From an uncultured Spirochaetota bacterium (GTDB taxonomy: Bacteria > Spirochaetota > Spirochaetia > SZUA-6 > Fen-1364): a stretch of 64,000 bases of DNA. Positions 1-9,361 of this stretch are shown in pieces. Made by a program: the position numbers and the translations under genes. The stretch covers positions 416,001 to 480,000 of the forward strand of contig CAWAHW010000001.1 of the NCBI GenBank assembly GCA_963781885.1, read 5' to 3'. The notes below the pieces were generated by a model that saw only the letters and a program-made list of their open reading frames with translations, was not told where the DNA came from and searched no databases. The stretch's first letter is position 1. Each line of letters begins with the position of its first letter.

Positions 1-395
1 TCCGCCGTCACGTCTCCCTTCTCCGTGTTGGAATGCACGTGCACCGCGCCGGATATCTCGGCATTCTCCGTGTCGGTGTGAAAGACGACCTTGTTTGCCT
101 TGCCTTCGGTCGCCGTCCCGCCCTTGGAGTCGAACTCCACGAAATGGGCATTGGAGAGCACGGTCTGGTTGCTCGCATTGTAGGTTTCGGCCCGCGTGGC
201 CTCCAGCTGCAGGGAGAGTCTGCCGTCCTTGTGTATCTTGTGGACGATCCCGATCGCCACCGTGTCCGGCAGATTCTGCGAGGTCTGCTCCTCGGCGAGC
301 GCCTCTCCATAGTCGAGGCTGCACGCCGCGAGCACGAGCAGGCACAGGCCGGCCGCAAGGCACGCCCGGCCCGCCCGCGCCGCGTGGGGCTTCAG
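1..395 (-). CDS. lptC: LptC-like periplasmic lipoprotein (3' end outside window)
   Basis: Not in the ORF track. Manual minus-strand translation gives [37 protein letters not shown]...DGRLSLQLEATRAETY...HFVEFDSKGG...EGKANKVVFHTDTENAEISGAVHVHS: lipobox plus LptC-like beta-rich repeat. Abuts the pyrG stop; start codon uncertain. Confidence 0.55.
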   Translation of the reverse strand, partial: MKPHAARAGRACLAAGLCLLVLAACSLDYGEALAEEQTSQNLPDTVAIGIVHKIHKDGRLSLQLEATRAETYNASNQTVLSNAHFVEFDSKGGTATEGKANKVVFHTDTENAEISGAVHVHSNTEKGDVTA

Positions 396-2017
396 GACCG
401 CGACGGATCGTGTTTCTTCTGCGATTCCAGGCATGCGTTTATAAAATGGGAGAACAGGGGGCTGGGGGCAAGGGGCTTGGACTTGAACTCGGGGTGGAAC
501 TGGACGCCGACGCCCCACGGGTGGTCGGGCCATTCGACGGATTCGACCAGCGTCGCGTCCGGCGTCAGGGAGCTCACGATGAGCCCCGCCGCTTCCAGGT
601 CGGCGCGATAAAGGTTTGCAACCTCGTAGCGGTGGCGGTGGCGCTCCGAGATCACCTCCGCGCCGTAGGCGGCGTGGATGCGCGTGCCGACCCTGATATG
701 CGTGTCGCTCTTGCCCAGGCGCATGGTGCCGCCGTAGGCCTTGATGTCCACCTGCTCCTCCAGCAGGCTCACGACGGGCGTCTTCGCCTCCGGGGCGAAC
801 TCGGTCGAGTTTGCTTCCTTGAGACCGAGCATGTTCCGCGCGTACTCGATCACCATGATCTGCATGCCCAGGCAGATGCCGAGGTACGGCACCTTGTTTT
901 CCCGCGCGTACTGAGCGGCACGGATCATCCCCTCGATGCCCCGCAACCCGAAGCCGCCGGGCACCAGAATGCCGTCACAGTCCGCGAATGCCGCCGAGAT
1001 GTCGCGGTCGCTTTCCAGCTCCTCGCTCTCGAACTTCACGAGCTGCACGCGCGCCGAGTTGGCGATCCCACCATGGAAGAGAGATTCGAATATCGAGATG
1101 TACGAGTCGTGCAGGCCGGTATACTTGCCGACGATGCCGATGCGCGCCGTGCGCCGGGCGCTTGCGAAGTGCTCGACGACCTGCTTCCAGCCGTCGCGCA
1201 CGGGGCCCTTTTCCGCCAGCCCGAGCTTCTTGATGATGAGGAGGTCCACCTTCTGCTCCACGAACGTGAGCGGGATGTCGTAGATCGTCGTGCGCACGTC
1301 GTAGGCGGAGATGACCGCTTCCTTCTCCACGTTGGTGAACAAGGAAATCTTGCGCCGAAGGTCCTCGTCCAGGGGGCTTCCCGATCGGCAGAGGAGGAGG
1401 TCGGGCTGGATGCCGATCTCCCGCAGCTCGCGCACGGAATGCTGGGTCGGCTTGCTCTTCGGCTCGCCCCAGTAGACCTGCGGCACGAGCGTGAGATGCA
1501 CGTACAGGACGTTCTCCTTGCCCAGGTCATGGATGAACTGCCGGGCCGCCTCCAGGAAAGGAATCGACTCGATGTCGCCCACCGTGCCGCCGACCTCCAC
1601 GAGGGTGACGTCCACGCCCGGCTGCTCCCCGACGCGGAAGATGCGCGCCTTGATCTCGTCGGTGATGTGCGGGATGACCTGCACGGTCCTGCCGAGGAAT
1701 CGCCCTTCGCGCTCCTTTGTGATCACCGCCTGGTAGACCTGGCCGGTCGTGATGGAGTTGTCCCTCCCGATGGGGGAGGAGGTGAACCTGCTGTAGTTGC
1801 CCAGGTCGAGGTCTGTCTCCGCGCCGTCATCCGTGACGTAGACCTCGCCGTGCTGGTAGGGGTTCATCGTGCCCGCATCGACGTTGATGTAGGGGTCGAT
1901 CTTGATCATGCGGATGTTGAAGCCCCTGTTCTCTAGTAGGCTCCCCATGGACGCGGAGGCGACGCCTTTTCCCAGCCCAGAGCAGACGCCGCCGGTGACG
2001 AAGATGTATTTGCTCAT
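392..2017 (-). CDS. pyrG: CTP synthase
   Basis: [46 protein letters not shown] and QFHPEF motifs. Start placed at the ATG at 2017. Confidence 0.98.
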   Translation of the reverse strand: MSKYIFVTGGVCSGLGKGVASASMGSLLENRGFNIRMIKIDPYINVDAGTMNPYQHGEVYVTDDGAETDLDLGNYSRFTSSPIGRDNSITTGQVYQAVITKEREGRFLGRTVQVIPHITDEIKARIFRVGEQPGVDVTLVEVGGTVGDIESIPFLEAARQFIHDLGKENVLYVHLTLVPQVYWGEPKSKPTQHSVRELREIGIQPDLLLCRSGSPLDEDLRRKISLFTNVEKEAVISAYDVRTTIYDIPLTFVEQKVDLLIIKKLGLAEKGPVRDGWKQVVEHFASARRTARIGIVGKYTGLHDSYISIFESLFHGGIANSARVQLVKFESEELESDRDISAAFADCDGILVPGGFGLRGIEGMIRAAQYARENKVPYLGICLGMQIMVIEYARNMLGLKEANSTEFAPEAKTPVVSLLEEQVDIKAYGGTMRLGKSDTHIRVGTRIHAAYGAEVISERHRHRYEVANLYRADLEAAGLIVSSLTPDATLVESVEWPDHPWGVGVQFHPEFKSKPLAPSPLFSHFINACLESQKKHDPSRS

Positions 2018-2055
2018 GGGGATTGGATTATAGAACAAAAAAGGGTTCGTCTCAA
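2018..2055 (-). promoter_or_regulatory. sigma70-type promoter of pyrG (leaderless or very short leader)
   Basis: TTGAGA (2055-2050), 17-bp spacer, TATAAT (2032-2027), then CCAATCCCC-ATG. No Shine-Dalgarno sequence. Confidence 0.75.
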
Positions 2056-2060
2056 CGGAC

Positions 2061-2222
2061 CGCGGCCACGCCGGCCACGGTACTCCGTGGCATTTGCGCG
2101 GCCACGCCGGCCACGGTACTCCGTGGCATTTGCGCGGCGACGCCGGCCACGGTACTCCGTGGCATTTGCGCGGCCACGCCGGCCACGGTATTCCGTGGCA
2201 TTCGTACGCCGTGGCATTTGCG
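2061..2222. repeat. 36-bp tandem repeat with internal hairpin (about 4.5 copies)
   Basis: Unit CGCGGCCACGCCGGCCACGGTACTCCGTGGCATTTG at 2061, 2097, 2133 and 2169, plus a partial copy. Each unit contains GCCACGG-N4-CCGTGGC. Confidence 0.95.
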
Positions 2223-2259
2223 GTCGACCATGCTATGATAAGCGACAGGAGAAATCTGC

Positions 2260-4464
2260 ATGCAGAACGGTCAACGGCCCGGCACGAGGACCCTGGCGGC
2301 GCGACTGCGCGGGTCGCCGGGCATCTACCTTCCCCTCGTCCTGATCGTCGCCTTCGGCGTTGTCGTTTCCCTCACGATCTTCTTCATTTTCCGAAACGGC
2401 GAAAAGGCGCGGCTGCAGACTGATTTCCAGGGTTTGGCGGAAGACCGCGCCCAGGCCATTCGCGCGGGGCTGGGCGAGGAATCGATCGAGCTGCAGCTCC
2501 TGGGCAGTTACGTGGCAGCGGCCGCCGAGCTCGCGGAGGGACGGACGGAATCGTTCGCCCAGGAGTTTGCGCGTTTTGCCAAGCCGATCCCCGGTCTCGA
2601 GCCCGACGGCCAGGTGCTCTTCTTTGTGCCTCAGGTGCCGCTTGCGGAGCGCGCTGCCTTTGAGAAGCTCTGGAGCCAGCAAATGGCGCTCGGCTTCATC
2701 ATCCGCGACCAGTCGTCGGTCGGCGAGCTGGTGCCCGCCGCGTCGCGTTCCGCCTATTTCCCCGTGAGCGTCGTCGCGCCTTCGGAGTTCACGGATGCGA
2801 TGCTCGGTTTCGATCTCGGGAACGTTCCCGTTCTGCAGAAGGCGATCGCGCGCGCCCTGACGACCGCCCGGGAATCGATGAGCACGCGTATGGGTCTTCC
2901 TCCCACTCCGGCGGACGTCCAGTATGTCTGGCACTTTCTCCCCGTCACGCGCACAACGTCCATTCCCGGGACCCCGGCGCCGCGCGGCGAGCTTGTCGGC
3001 CTGGTCGGGTCGGCGTTCCGTATCGATCAGCTCGTCGAGCTGTCCCTGCGCAACCTGAGCCCCGCCGGCATCGACCTCGAGCTCACCGATCCGGCGGCGC
3101 CGCTGGATGCGCGCGTGGTGTACTACCACAAGTCGCGCATCCCCAACTATGAGACCGCTGGCGTCGACCAGAAGGCGCTGAGTTGGAGCACGACATTCGA
3201 CGCGGGAGGCCGGTCCTGGACTCTCAAGGCCTATGCGACCCGTGATTTCATCCGGCGTCACGACTCGTTCCTCTCCTGGATCCTTATGGGCGCGGGTCTC
3301 GTGCTCACGATTTTCGCCTGCATCTTCTTTGCCGGCCGCATCCAGCGGGCAGCCCGCATCGAAGGCCTTGTCGAGGCGCGGACGACGGAGCTGGAGCGGC
3401 AGATGGAGAAGCAGGAGAAGCTTGCCGCCGAGCTTGCAGAATCCCGCTCCAACCTCACCGGTCAGGTGGAACGGCTCAACCAGCGCACGCGCGACATTCA
3501 GCTCCTGAACGATCTGGGCGATACGCTCCAGTCCTGCGTGAACACGGATGAGGCATTCCCCGTCATCTCCGCCTACCTGCCGCGGCTCCTGCCGGTCTCT
3601 TCGGGCGCGCTCTACATGCACGACCCTGCGAGCGAGACGTACACCGGCATGGCGGAGTGGGGCGACGCTCCCCCCCGCGAGCAGGCATTCCTTGCCCAGG
3701 ACTGCTGGGCCCTGCGCCTGGGACGCCCGCACGTGGTGACGCAGGCCACGGTCGCCGTCCCCTGCCGACATGCACCGGACGCCGGTGAAGGCGGTGCGCT
3801 CTGCATCCCGCTCACGGCGAGCGGCAAGACGATAGGGCTTTTCCACGTCACCCGCTTCCCGGAGGAGTCCCACGCTTTCGCCCTTTCCGTTGCCGATCGG
3901 ATCGGGCTTTCGCTGTCCAACCTCATGCTGCGCTCCGACCTGCGGCAGCTTTCCATTCACGATCCTCTCACGGGGCTTTTCAACCGGCGCTACATGGAGG
4001 AGACGCTTGACCTTGAGACCCGGCGCGCCGTCCGCAAGGAGCAGTCCATCGGCGTGATCATGCTCGACATCGATCATTTCAAGTCCTTCAACGACAGGTT
4101 CGGGCATGCCGCGGGCGATGAGCTCCTGCGCGCACTCGCAACCCTCACCCTGGGGCACCTCCGCGCGGGCGACATCGCCTGTCGCTACGGCGGGGAGGAG
4201 TTTCTCCTCATCCTGCCCGAAGCAACCCTGGATGCGGCGATGCGGCGCGCGGAAGACCTGCGGCAGCGCGTGAAGTCACTGGAGGTGAAGTACCAAGAGA
4301 AGGCGCTGGGACCCGTGACGATCTCACTCGGCGTGGCGGTGTATCCCGATCACGGCAGGACGCGCGAGTTGCTGCAGGCAGCGGCGGACGCGGCCCTCTA
4401 TGCGGCAAAGGCGGGTGGACGGGATCGCGTCGTTGCCGCGCAGGCCGTGCCGCAGCCGGGGTAG
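2260..4464 (+). CDS. membrane diguanylate cyclase (CHASE-coiled coil-GAF-GGDEF)
   Basis: Two TM helices flank a CHASE-like region; GAF with CWALRLG; DPLTGLFNRR, DIDHFK, RYGGEEF and an RxxD I-site (RAGD). Confidence 0.93.
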   Translation: MQNGQRPGTRTLAARLRGSPGIYLPLVLIVAFGVVVSLTIFFIFRNGEKARLQTDFQGLAEDRAQAIRAGLGEESIELQLLGSYVAAAAELAEGRTESFAQEFARFAKPIPGLEPDGQVLFFVPQVPLAERAAFEKLWSQQMALGFIIRDQSSVGELVPAASRSAYFPVSVVAPSEFTDAMLGFDLGNVPVLQKAIARALTTARESMSTRMGLPPTPADVQYVWHFLPVTRTTSIPGTPAPRGELVGLVGSAFRIDQLVELSLRNLSPAGIDLELTDPAAPLDARVVYYHKSRIPNYETAGVDQKALSWSTTFDAGGRSWTLKAYATRDFIRRHDSFLSWILMGAGLVLTIFACIFFAGRIQRAARIEGLVEARTTELERQMEKQEKLAAELAESRSNLTGQVERLNQRTRDIQLLNDLGDTLQSCVNTDEAFPVISAYLPRLLPVSSGALYMHDPASETYTGMAEWGDAPPREQAFLAQDCWALRLGRPHVVTQATVAVPCRHAPDAGEGGALCIPLTASGKTIGLFHVTRFPEESHAFALSVADRIGLSLSNLMLRSDLRQLSIHDPLTGLFNRRYMEETLDLETRRAVRKEQSIGVIMLDIDHFKSFNDRFGHAAGDELLRALATLTLGHLRAGDIACRYGGEEFLLILPEATLDAAMRRAEDLRQRVKSLEVKYQEKALGPVTISLGVAVYPDHGRTRELLQAAADAALYAAKAGGRDRVVAAQAVPQPG

Positions 4465-4510
4465 GGATCGTGCCTATGAAAACGGCGCGGTCCCAGAACG
4501 GGCATGCCTT
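4462..4510 (-). pseudogene. short remnant homologous to the middle of the 5939-6214 gene
   Basis: 25-bp identity 4482-4506 = 6102-6126. Encodes KACPFWDRAVFIGTI versus KTCPFWDRAVFLGMI. Confidence 0.7.
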
Positions 4511-4726
4511 CTCGGGAGGATGCGGAGACTCCGGCTCCTTGCAGAAATATCGGGGTCCCAAGCTGGCTTGACGAAAAGCCTCGGCGAAGTAGAATGCGGG
4601 CCGAAGTTGGGAAGATCCCAAAGGCTGGCACGTATCACGAAGCATTTGGGAAATCTCGGATAAAATCTCGCAGTGCGGGACCAAGCGACGGTCAACGTCT
4701 TCGGGCAACAAGTTTATTAGGGAGGT

Positions 4727-5534
4727 GTGTCTTTGAAAAAGAGCGGAAGATTGCTTTTCACCGCAGCAATGGTGGCTTCGATAGCGTTTACAGCGCTACT
4801 TTCAGGGTGCTCAGGAGCTTCTGGAAATGACACGTATGCCATCAGCGCTTCGGGCGGCATCGCTGTTTCGTCGGGGACAGTGACGAATAGCAGCGGCACG
4901 TGGACGTTTGATGCCGGCACGGTGCCGCAATACACGACGGAGACCGTTACTTTCACCGTAACAAACTCCGGCTCGGCAGATTTCACAGCAACCGGCTCGC
5001 AGAGCTTCACACCCAGCGCTGATTTCTCTGACAGTCTCAGCGGTGCCTTCACTGTCGCCGCGGACAAATCCAACACTTTCACGGCCAGTTTTGCCCCTAC
5101 TGCTAATACAGGCACAGTTGAAACGGGCACCTTGACACTCACACCCACAAGCGGAAGCGCGATTGTGATCAACCTGAAAGGCACTTCGGGAGATTCATTC
5201 CAAGTTATTGACTTTCAAGGCAACCAGGTCATTCCTGGTACTGCTGCTCTAGTTGGAGTGGGCGGCTATGCCACCACGTACACCATACAAAACATGAGTG
5301 CAACTGCAACGATTACCCTAACCGGTAGCCCGTATGTATCAATCTCGGGCTCTGGCTTCTCAATTTACACAGCCTTCATCCGCCACCATCCTTGCAACCG
5401 GTAGTGAAACTTTCGATATTGGCGATTCAAACACAAATCCGGGCAATACAGCCACCGTTACCATCCAGGGCACAGACTCCACTACAGGCGCGCCGTTTGT
5501 ATTTACGGGATCAATTGTGGATTCGCCCTTTTGA
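4727..5534 (+). CDS. Ser/Thr-rich Ig-like lipoprotein, frameshifted near 5365
   Basis: Lipobox LLSGC, GGGAGG RBS, ASH/Ig-like strands (TVTFTVTNSG). Removing one T in ATTTAC joins ORF 4727 to the QPSSATIL...DSPF frame. Confidence 0.7.
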
Positions 5535-5766
5535 TGGCCAATTAGGCTTCAGGAGTCCGAGAAAAGTCAAAGGGGGCGGCTTGCACGATTGAAGCTGCCC
5601 CTCCGCCGACGGCCAGTATGTCATGGCTTTACAGTATTCTGCGTACCTTATACCCATGCTCGGGTTTCCGCAGCGTAGCTTTCGCTGCCGTTCCGCATGT
5701 TCGCGAAAGATGGGATGCCATAATAGGCGGCAGTAAGCTGGATGCCTCTTCTCTCATCTCCCTATA

Positions 5767-5826
5767 AGCGCTCTGGTCAATAGCTGCTTGTATGCTCTCC
5801 GGGGTCCCGGTCCGCACAAGATCAGA
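5767..5826 (-). pseudogene. remnant of an ankyrin-protein N-terminal cap
   Basis: DLVRTGTPESIQAAIDQSA resembles ELAGSGTPQEVQAAIDNGA (59140 ORF) and ELVKNGSAKSVQAAIGHGA (50567 ORF). Confidence 0.5.
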
Positions 5827-5938
5827 TTATTCCATGCTCCGCGCAACATTTTGCCTTTTCAAATGGGGAATGCAGGGTAAACAGCACGAGACCGCACTCA
5901 CGTGGCCCGAATCGCGCGTCCCGGCGCCGCGGCCCTGG

Positions 5939-6214
5939 CTAATCCTCGATCACGCTGATTTTTGAGCGCAGATTCCAGCGCACGTAGGGGCGGAGCGCTT
6001 CGATCTGCGACCTGTTCACGTAATAGATTCTTCCGTCGTACTTGACGATGCCTCCGTCATAGTTCGCGACGGGCGTCTTATAGGAGATCATTCCCAAGAA
6101 GACGGCGCGGTCCCAGAACGGGCATGTTTTCAGCTGCGGGATCTTCCGAAGATTGCTCGCCTTGATGGTTTCCTTGGAGACGGAGTTCTTCAACACATCC
6201 TGCCATTTGGGCAT
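5939..6214 (-). CDS. small hypothetical protein (91 aa)
   Basis: MPKWQDVLKN... with protein-like composition; preceded by TTGAAG-17-TACAAT. Confidence 0.75.
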   Translation of the reverse strand: MPKWQDVLKNSVSKETIKASNLRKIPQLKTCPFWDRAVFLGMISYKTPVANYDGGIVKYDGRIYYVNRSQIEALRPYVRWNLRSKISVIED

Positions 6215-6273
6215 TTCGATGTCATTGTAGCGTAGCGGGGGGCCCTCTTCAACAGGCTGGAGGCATTCTCCCG

Positions 6274-7110
6274 CTATTCGGCCGGCGGGACGTCCTGCTC
6301 TTTCGCTGCGGGAGGCGGGGGCGCGCAGGGCTCGCGAACGCGCTCGATGGAGACGGCCTTGCCTGCGTCGTCGATCTCGACGACCACCCCCTGCAGCTCC
6401 AGCATCGCCCATGCTTCCTTCGAATACTCGTGCACGAGGGTCGTCAGCTTGCGAATCTCGATCTCAGGATCCAGCCCTGCCACCGATCCGAGGCTGCCGG
6501 TCCTTCCGGCATCCGTAATGACCGCGGTGCCGCCCGCCATGACATGGTCATCGGCCGTGAGCGCCTTTGTATGCGTACCGATCACGGCGGAGACCTTGCC
6601 GTCCGCCATGGCGAACATCGTCGCTTTCTCCGCTGTGGTGACCGCGTGGAAATCGAGTATCACGCTCGTTGTCTCGGGGTGGATGGATTCCAGCAGTTTC
6701 GAAAGCAGGCTGAAGGGGTTCTTCAAGTGCACCCTCTTGAAACCGGCGATTCCCAGGAGGCTCATGACCGCGATCTTGCGGCCGTTTTTCTCGAAGATCA
6801 TGAAGCCACGACCCGGGTTGCGCGGCGGATAGTTCGCAGGTCTCACCATGTACGGGGCGTGGTTGAAGTGTTCGACGATGTCTTTCTTATAGTAGGAACA
6901 TTCGCCGGTCGTGATGGCATCGATGCCCAGCTTGTGCAGGTACACGGCGTGATTCTTGCCGATGCCGAATCCGCCGGTTGCCCCTTCTCCATCGGCCACG
7001 ACGAAGTCGATGCGTTTTTCCTGCCGGATTTTCGGGAGCAGCTCCTTCACCACCCACACCCCCGACTTTCCGACGATCTCACCGATGAAGAGGACGCGCA
7101 GGGGTGCCAT
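6274..7110 (-). CDS. ymdB: YmdB/TIGR00282-family metallophosphoesterase
   Basis: LFIGEIVG, RPANYP, DFHA..T.EK, GTHT, TDAGRTG motifs. Confidence 0.9.
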   Translation of the reverse strand: MAPLRVLFIGEIVGKSGVWVVKELLPKIRQEKRIDFVVADGEGATGGFGIGKNHAVYLHKLGIDAITTGECSYYKKDIVEHFNHAPYMVRPANYPPRNPGRGFMIFEKNGRKIAVMSLLGIAGFKRVHLKNPFSLLSKLLESIHPETTSVILDFHAVTTAEKATMFAMADGKVSAVIGTHTKALTADDHVMAGGTAVITDAGRTGSLGSVAGLDPEIEIRKLTTLVHEYSKEAWAMLELQGVVVEIDDAGKAVSIERVREPCAPPPPAAKEQDVPPAE

Positions 7111-7167
7111 CACACGAGGATAGCGGCCGGAGCCATCCTTGACAAGTTGAACCCCGGTTGCTACGGT
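7111..7167. promoter_or_regulatory. divergent promoters with overlapping -35 boxes (ymdB and tRNA-Leu)
   Basis: Plus strand: TTGACA(7139-44)-17-TACGGT with extended TG. Minus strand: TTGTCA(7145-40)-17-TATCCT-6 nt-ATG. Confidence 0.65.
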
Positions 7168-7176
7168 TTCTCCTGC

Positions 7177-7261
7177 GCCCGGATGGTGAAATTTGGTAGA
7201 CACGCTAGATTCAGGGTCTAGTGCCAGCAATGGTGTGGAGGTTCAAGTCCTCTTCCGGGCA
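7177..7261 (+). tRNA. tRNA-Leu(CAG)
   Basis: Acceptor stem GCCCGGA/TCCGGGC-A, D arm with TGGTAGA, anticodon arm CTAGA-TTCAGGG-TCTAG, long variable arm, GGTTCAAGTCC T arm. CCA not encoded. Confidence 0.97.
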
Positions 7262-7263
7262 AA
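7210..7263 (+). repeat. attL core (54 bp)
   Basis: TTCAGGGTCTAG...TTCCGGGCAAA, identical to 20935-20988. Confidence 0.95.
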
Positions 7264-7330
7264 CGTAACTTCTTAATTTCAAACAAGTTAACGGAACACC
7301 GGAAACTCCACCGGTTTACAGAAACCGGGT

Positions 7331-7351
7331 CTTTGGTTTATCCTTTGGTTT
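7331..7351 (+). promoter_or_regulatory. putative integrase arm-type sites (left)
   Basis: CTTTGGTTT twice with 12-bp period; same motif at 20794-20814. Confidence 0.7.
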
Positions 7352-7380
7352 TCAAGAGTGAGACCGAAGGAGGCCGGGTC

Positions 7381-8565
7381 ATGCCGAGACCTAAGAAGCC
7401 CTTCCAAGTTCTCCGCCGCCGAGTGAAGTCGAAATATGTCTTCTACGTCTCTTTTCGACTCACGGACGGCACCGTGACTTCGCCGCGCTCCAGTGGCCAA
7501 AGGTCGCGCGGCGCAGCCGAGACGTGGGCCGTGGAGCAGATCAACGAGGGTAGGATCCCTGTCCCGAAGGCGCAGCCCGGGAACGTCCGCGAGGAACTCG
7601 TCGCGTTCCTCACCGACTTCTGGAACTACGACAAGTCCAAGTACGTTCGGGGCAAGTTGGCCCGGGGCGGGACAATTGGAAAAGCCTACTGCCGGACCAT
7701 GGGCTACATGATCGGCAAGCACGTGAAGCCCTACTTCGAGGGCCGGAGGATTCGCACTCTCACCGCCGAGGAGTTCGACGAGTGGATGAACGACCTCGCC
7801 GCAGACGATGTACTACCAGGGCAGATCAACCTGGCGCGGACGTGCATCAACGTCGCCCTGAACCAGCTAGTGATCATGCGGCGACTCCCTTGGAATCCAC
7901 TCTCTGCGGTGAAGCCCTACAAGGAGGTGCACGGTAAGCGGGGCACCCTCAGCGTTGAAGAGTTTCGGATGCTCCTGGACCTCGACGGCCTCGACCCCCG
8001 TGTCTACGTCGCCATCGCTCTCGGTGGCCTATGCGGAATGCGCATGGGCGAGATACGCGGGCTGCGCTGGGCCGACGTGGACACGGCCGCGGAAGTGCTG
8101 CACATCCACACGAGCTACGTGGAGGTCGACGGCGAGCGCGACCAGGCCAAGCACGGGAGCAGCCGCGACGTGCCGGTCCCGTCCGCCGTGAGCGAAGCGT
8201 TGGGCGGCTGGCGGAGCGAGTCTCCGGCCATTCGGCCCGAGGACTGGGTCGTCTGCGACATAGAGCAGCCGGACAGGCCCATGCTTGCCGACCCGATCCG
8301 CGTGGCCTTTTACGAGGCGTTGGAGCGCATAGAGATCAAGAACCGCGAGGAGCGGAAGATTGTCTTCCATAGCTTGAGGCACTGGTATAACACGCAACTT
8401 CGTGGCTCGATCCCAGAGAACGTGCTCCGCCGGTTCACCGGCCACCATAGCGAGGAGATGACCGACTTGTACGACGCGGGGAAGGAGATCGACTTCCGGA
8501 AGGCGCGAGCGAGGTTGGAGGAGCTGACGAGGCCGGGGGAGGCTAAGAAGACTTCGAAGACCTGA
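7381..8565 (+). CDS. tyrosine integrase
   Basis: GMRMGEIRGLRW, FHSLRH, GHHS..MTDLY catalytic motifs; GGAGG RBS before the ATG at 7381. Confidence 0.95.
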   Translation: MPRPKKPFQVLRRRVKSKYVFYVSFRLTDGTVTSPRSSGQRSRGAAETWAVEQINEGRIPVPKAQPGNVREELVAFLTDFWNYDKSKYVRGKLARGGTIGKAYCRTMGYMIGKHVKPYFEGRRIRTLTAEEFDEWMNDLAADDVLPGQINLARTCINVALNQLVIMRRLPWNPLSAVKPYKEVHGKRGTLSVEEFRMLLDLDGLDPRVYVAIALGGLCGMRMGEIRGLRWADVDTAAEVLHIHTSYVEVDGERDQAKHGSSRDVPVPSAVSEALGGWRSESPAIRPEDWVVCDIEQPDRPMLADPIRVAFYEALERIEIKNREERKIVFHSLRHWYNTQLRGSIPENVLRRFTGHHSEEMTDLYDAGKEIDFRKARARLEELTRPGEAKKTSKT

Positions 8566-8567
8566 CC

Positions 8568-9326
8568 TTAACCCTTACTCGGGTCCAAACGCAAACGAAC
8601 GGGCTCGATAGGGTCGTCCGGGAGTCGATATGCCTTGAATACGTGTTCACGACCTGCATTCGGGTTGGTAACAAGCTTCGTGGTGAGCTTGTTCGTCCGA
8701 AGGTCAAAACTGTAAGCGATGGCAACTTCCTCAACCTCACGCCGAACAAGGACTCCTACTTCTTTGAGATCACGCTCGGCTGGCTCATCTTCTGGCAGAA
8801 TAATGCTGCGACGATGAGCGGTCCCTTCGGCAAGCGCGAACGGCGTCGGAGCTACGTACATCTTCCGATCCCTCACAAGTATGTCACCGTAGCTCCCGAA
8901 CCCACGAAAACTCTTGTTCTCGTGGACATATGCGTTGTCGGCGTTCAGAAAACTACCATGGCAGATAACGAAGTCGAGTACTGGATACCTGTTGCCGTCC
9001 GGTTCATCGGGATAGCGTCCAAACACATAGTAGACTTGTCTACCGTTGTGTTCGCCAGAAGGTACTTGACTGTTGCAGTCATAGTCAGCTTCTCGCCCTG
9101 GGTAGGCAAGCGCCTTGAGTTCATAGCCTTCTGAGAATTGAACGAGCCTAAAATCTGGATAAGTGTTCCGGCCGGGCGAGTCATACTTCAATCCGAGTTT
9201 GTCTAGTCGTTTCCGAAACCAGTTCTGGAAATGGAACTCCTTATCTCCACGGCCCTCGCGTTCGATCAACTCGCCCGCAATGATCGCTTGCGCACATACT
9301 TTGAAAATTAAGCACGCCTGGGACAC
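8568..9326 (-). CDS. putative PD-(D/E)XK restriction endonuclease
   Basis: KEFHFQ...YPDF...GYELK motif; lies directly downstream of the methyltransferase. Confidence 0.65.
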   Translation of the reverse strand: MSQACLIFKVCAQAIIAGELIEREGRGDKEFHFQNWFRKRLDKLGLKYDSPGRNTYPDFRLVQFSEGYELKALAYPGREADYDCNSQVPSGEHNGRQVYYVFGRYPDEPDGNRYPVLDFVICHGSFLNADNAYVHENKSFRGFGSYGDILVRDRKMYVAPTPFALAEGTAHRRSIILPEDEPAERDLKEVGVLVRREVEEVAIAYSFDLRTNKLTTKLVTNPNAGREHVFKAYRLPDDPIEPVRLRLDPSKG

Positions 9327-9361
9327 GAGACCCCCCGTCCATTCGATTCTTCAAGCGCAGA

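Noticed and set aside
95-1936. Long antisense ORFs (e.g. 95-1936, 2233-4158, 52660-54000)
   Set aside because: Shadow frames of real GC-rich genes on the opposite strand.
2061-2222. CRISPR array (36-bp palindromic repeats)
   Set aside because: Units are contiguous with no unique spacers, and no cas genes are present.
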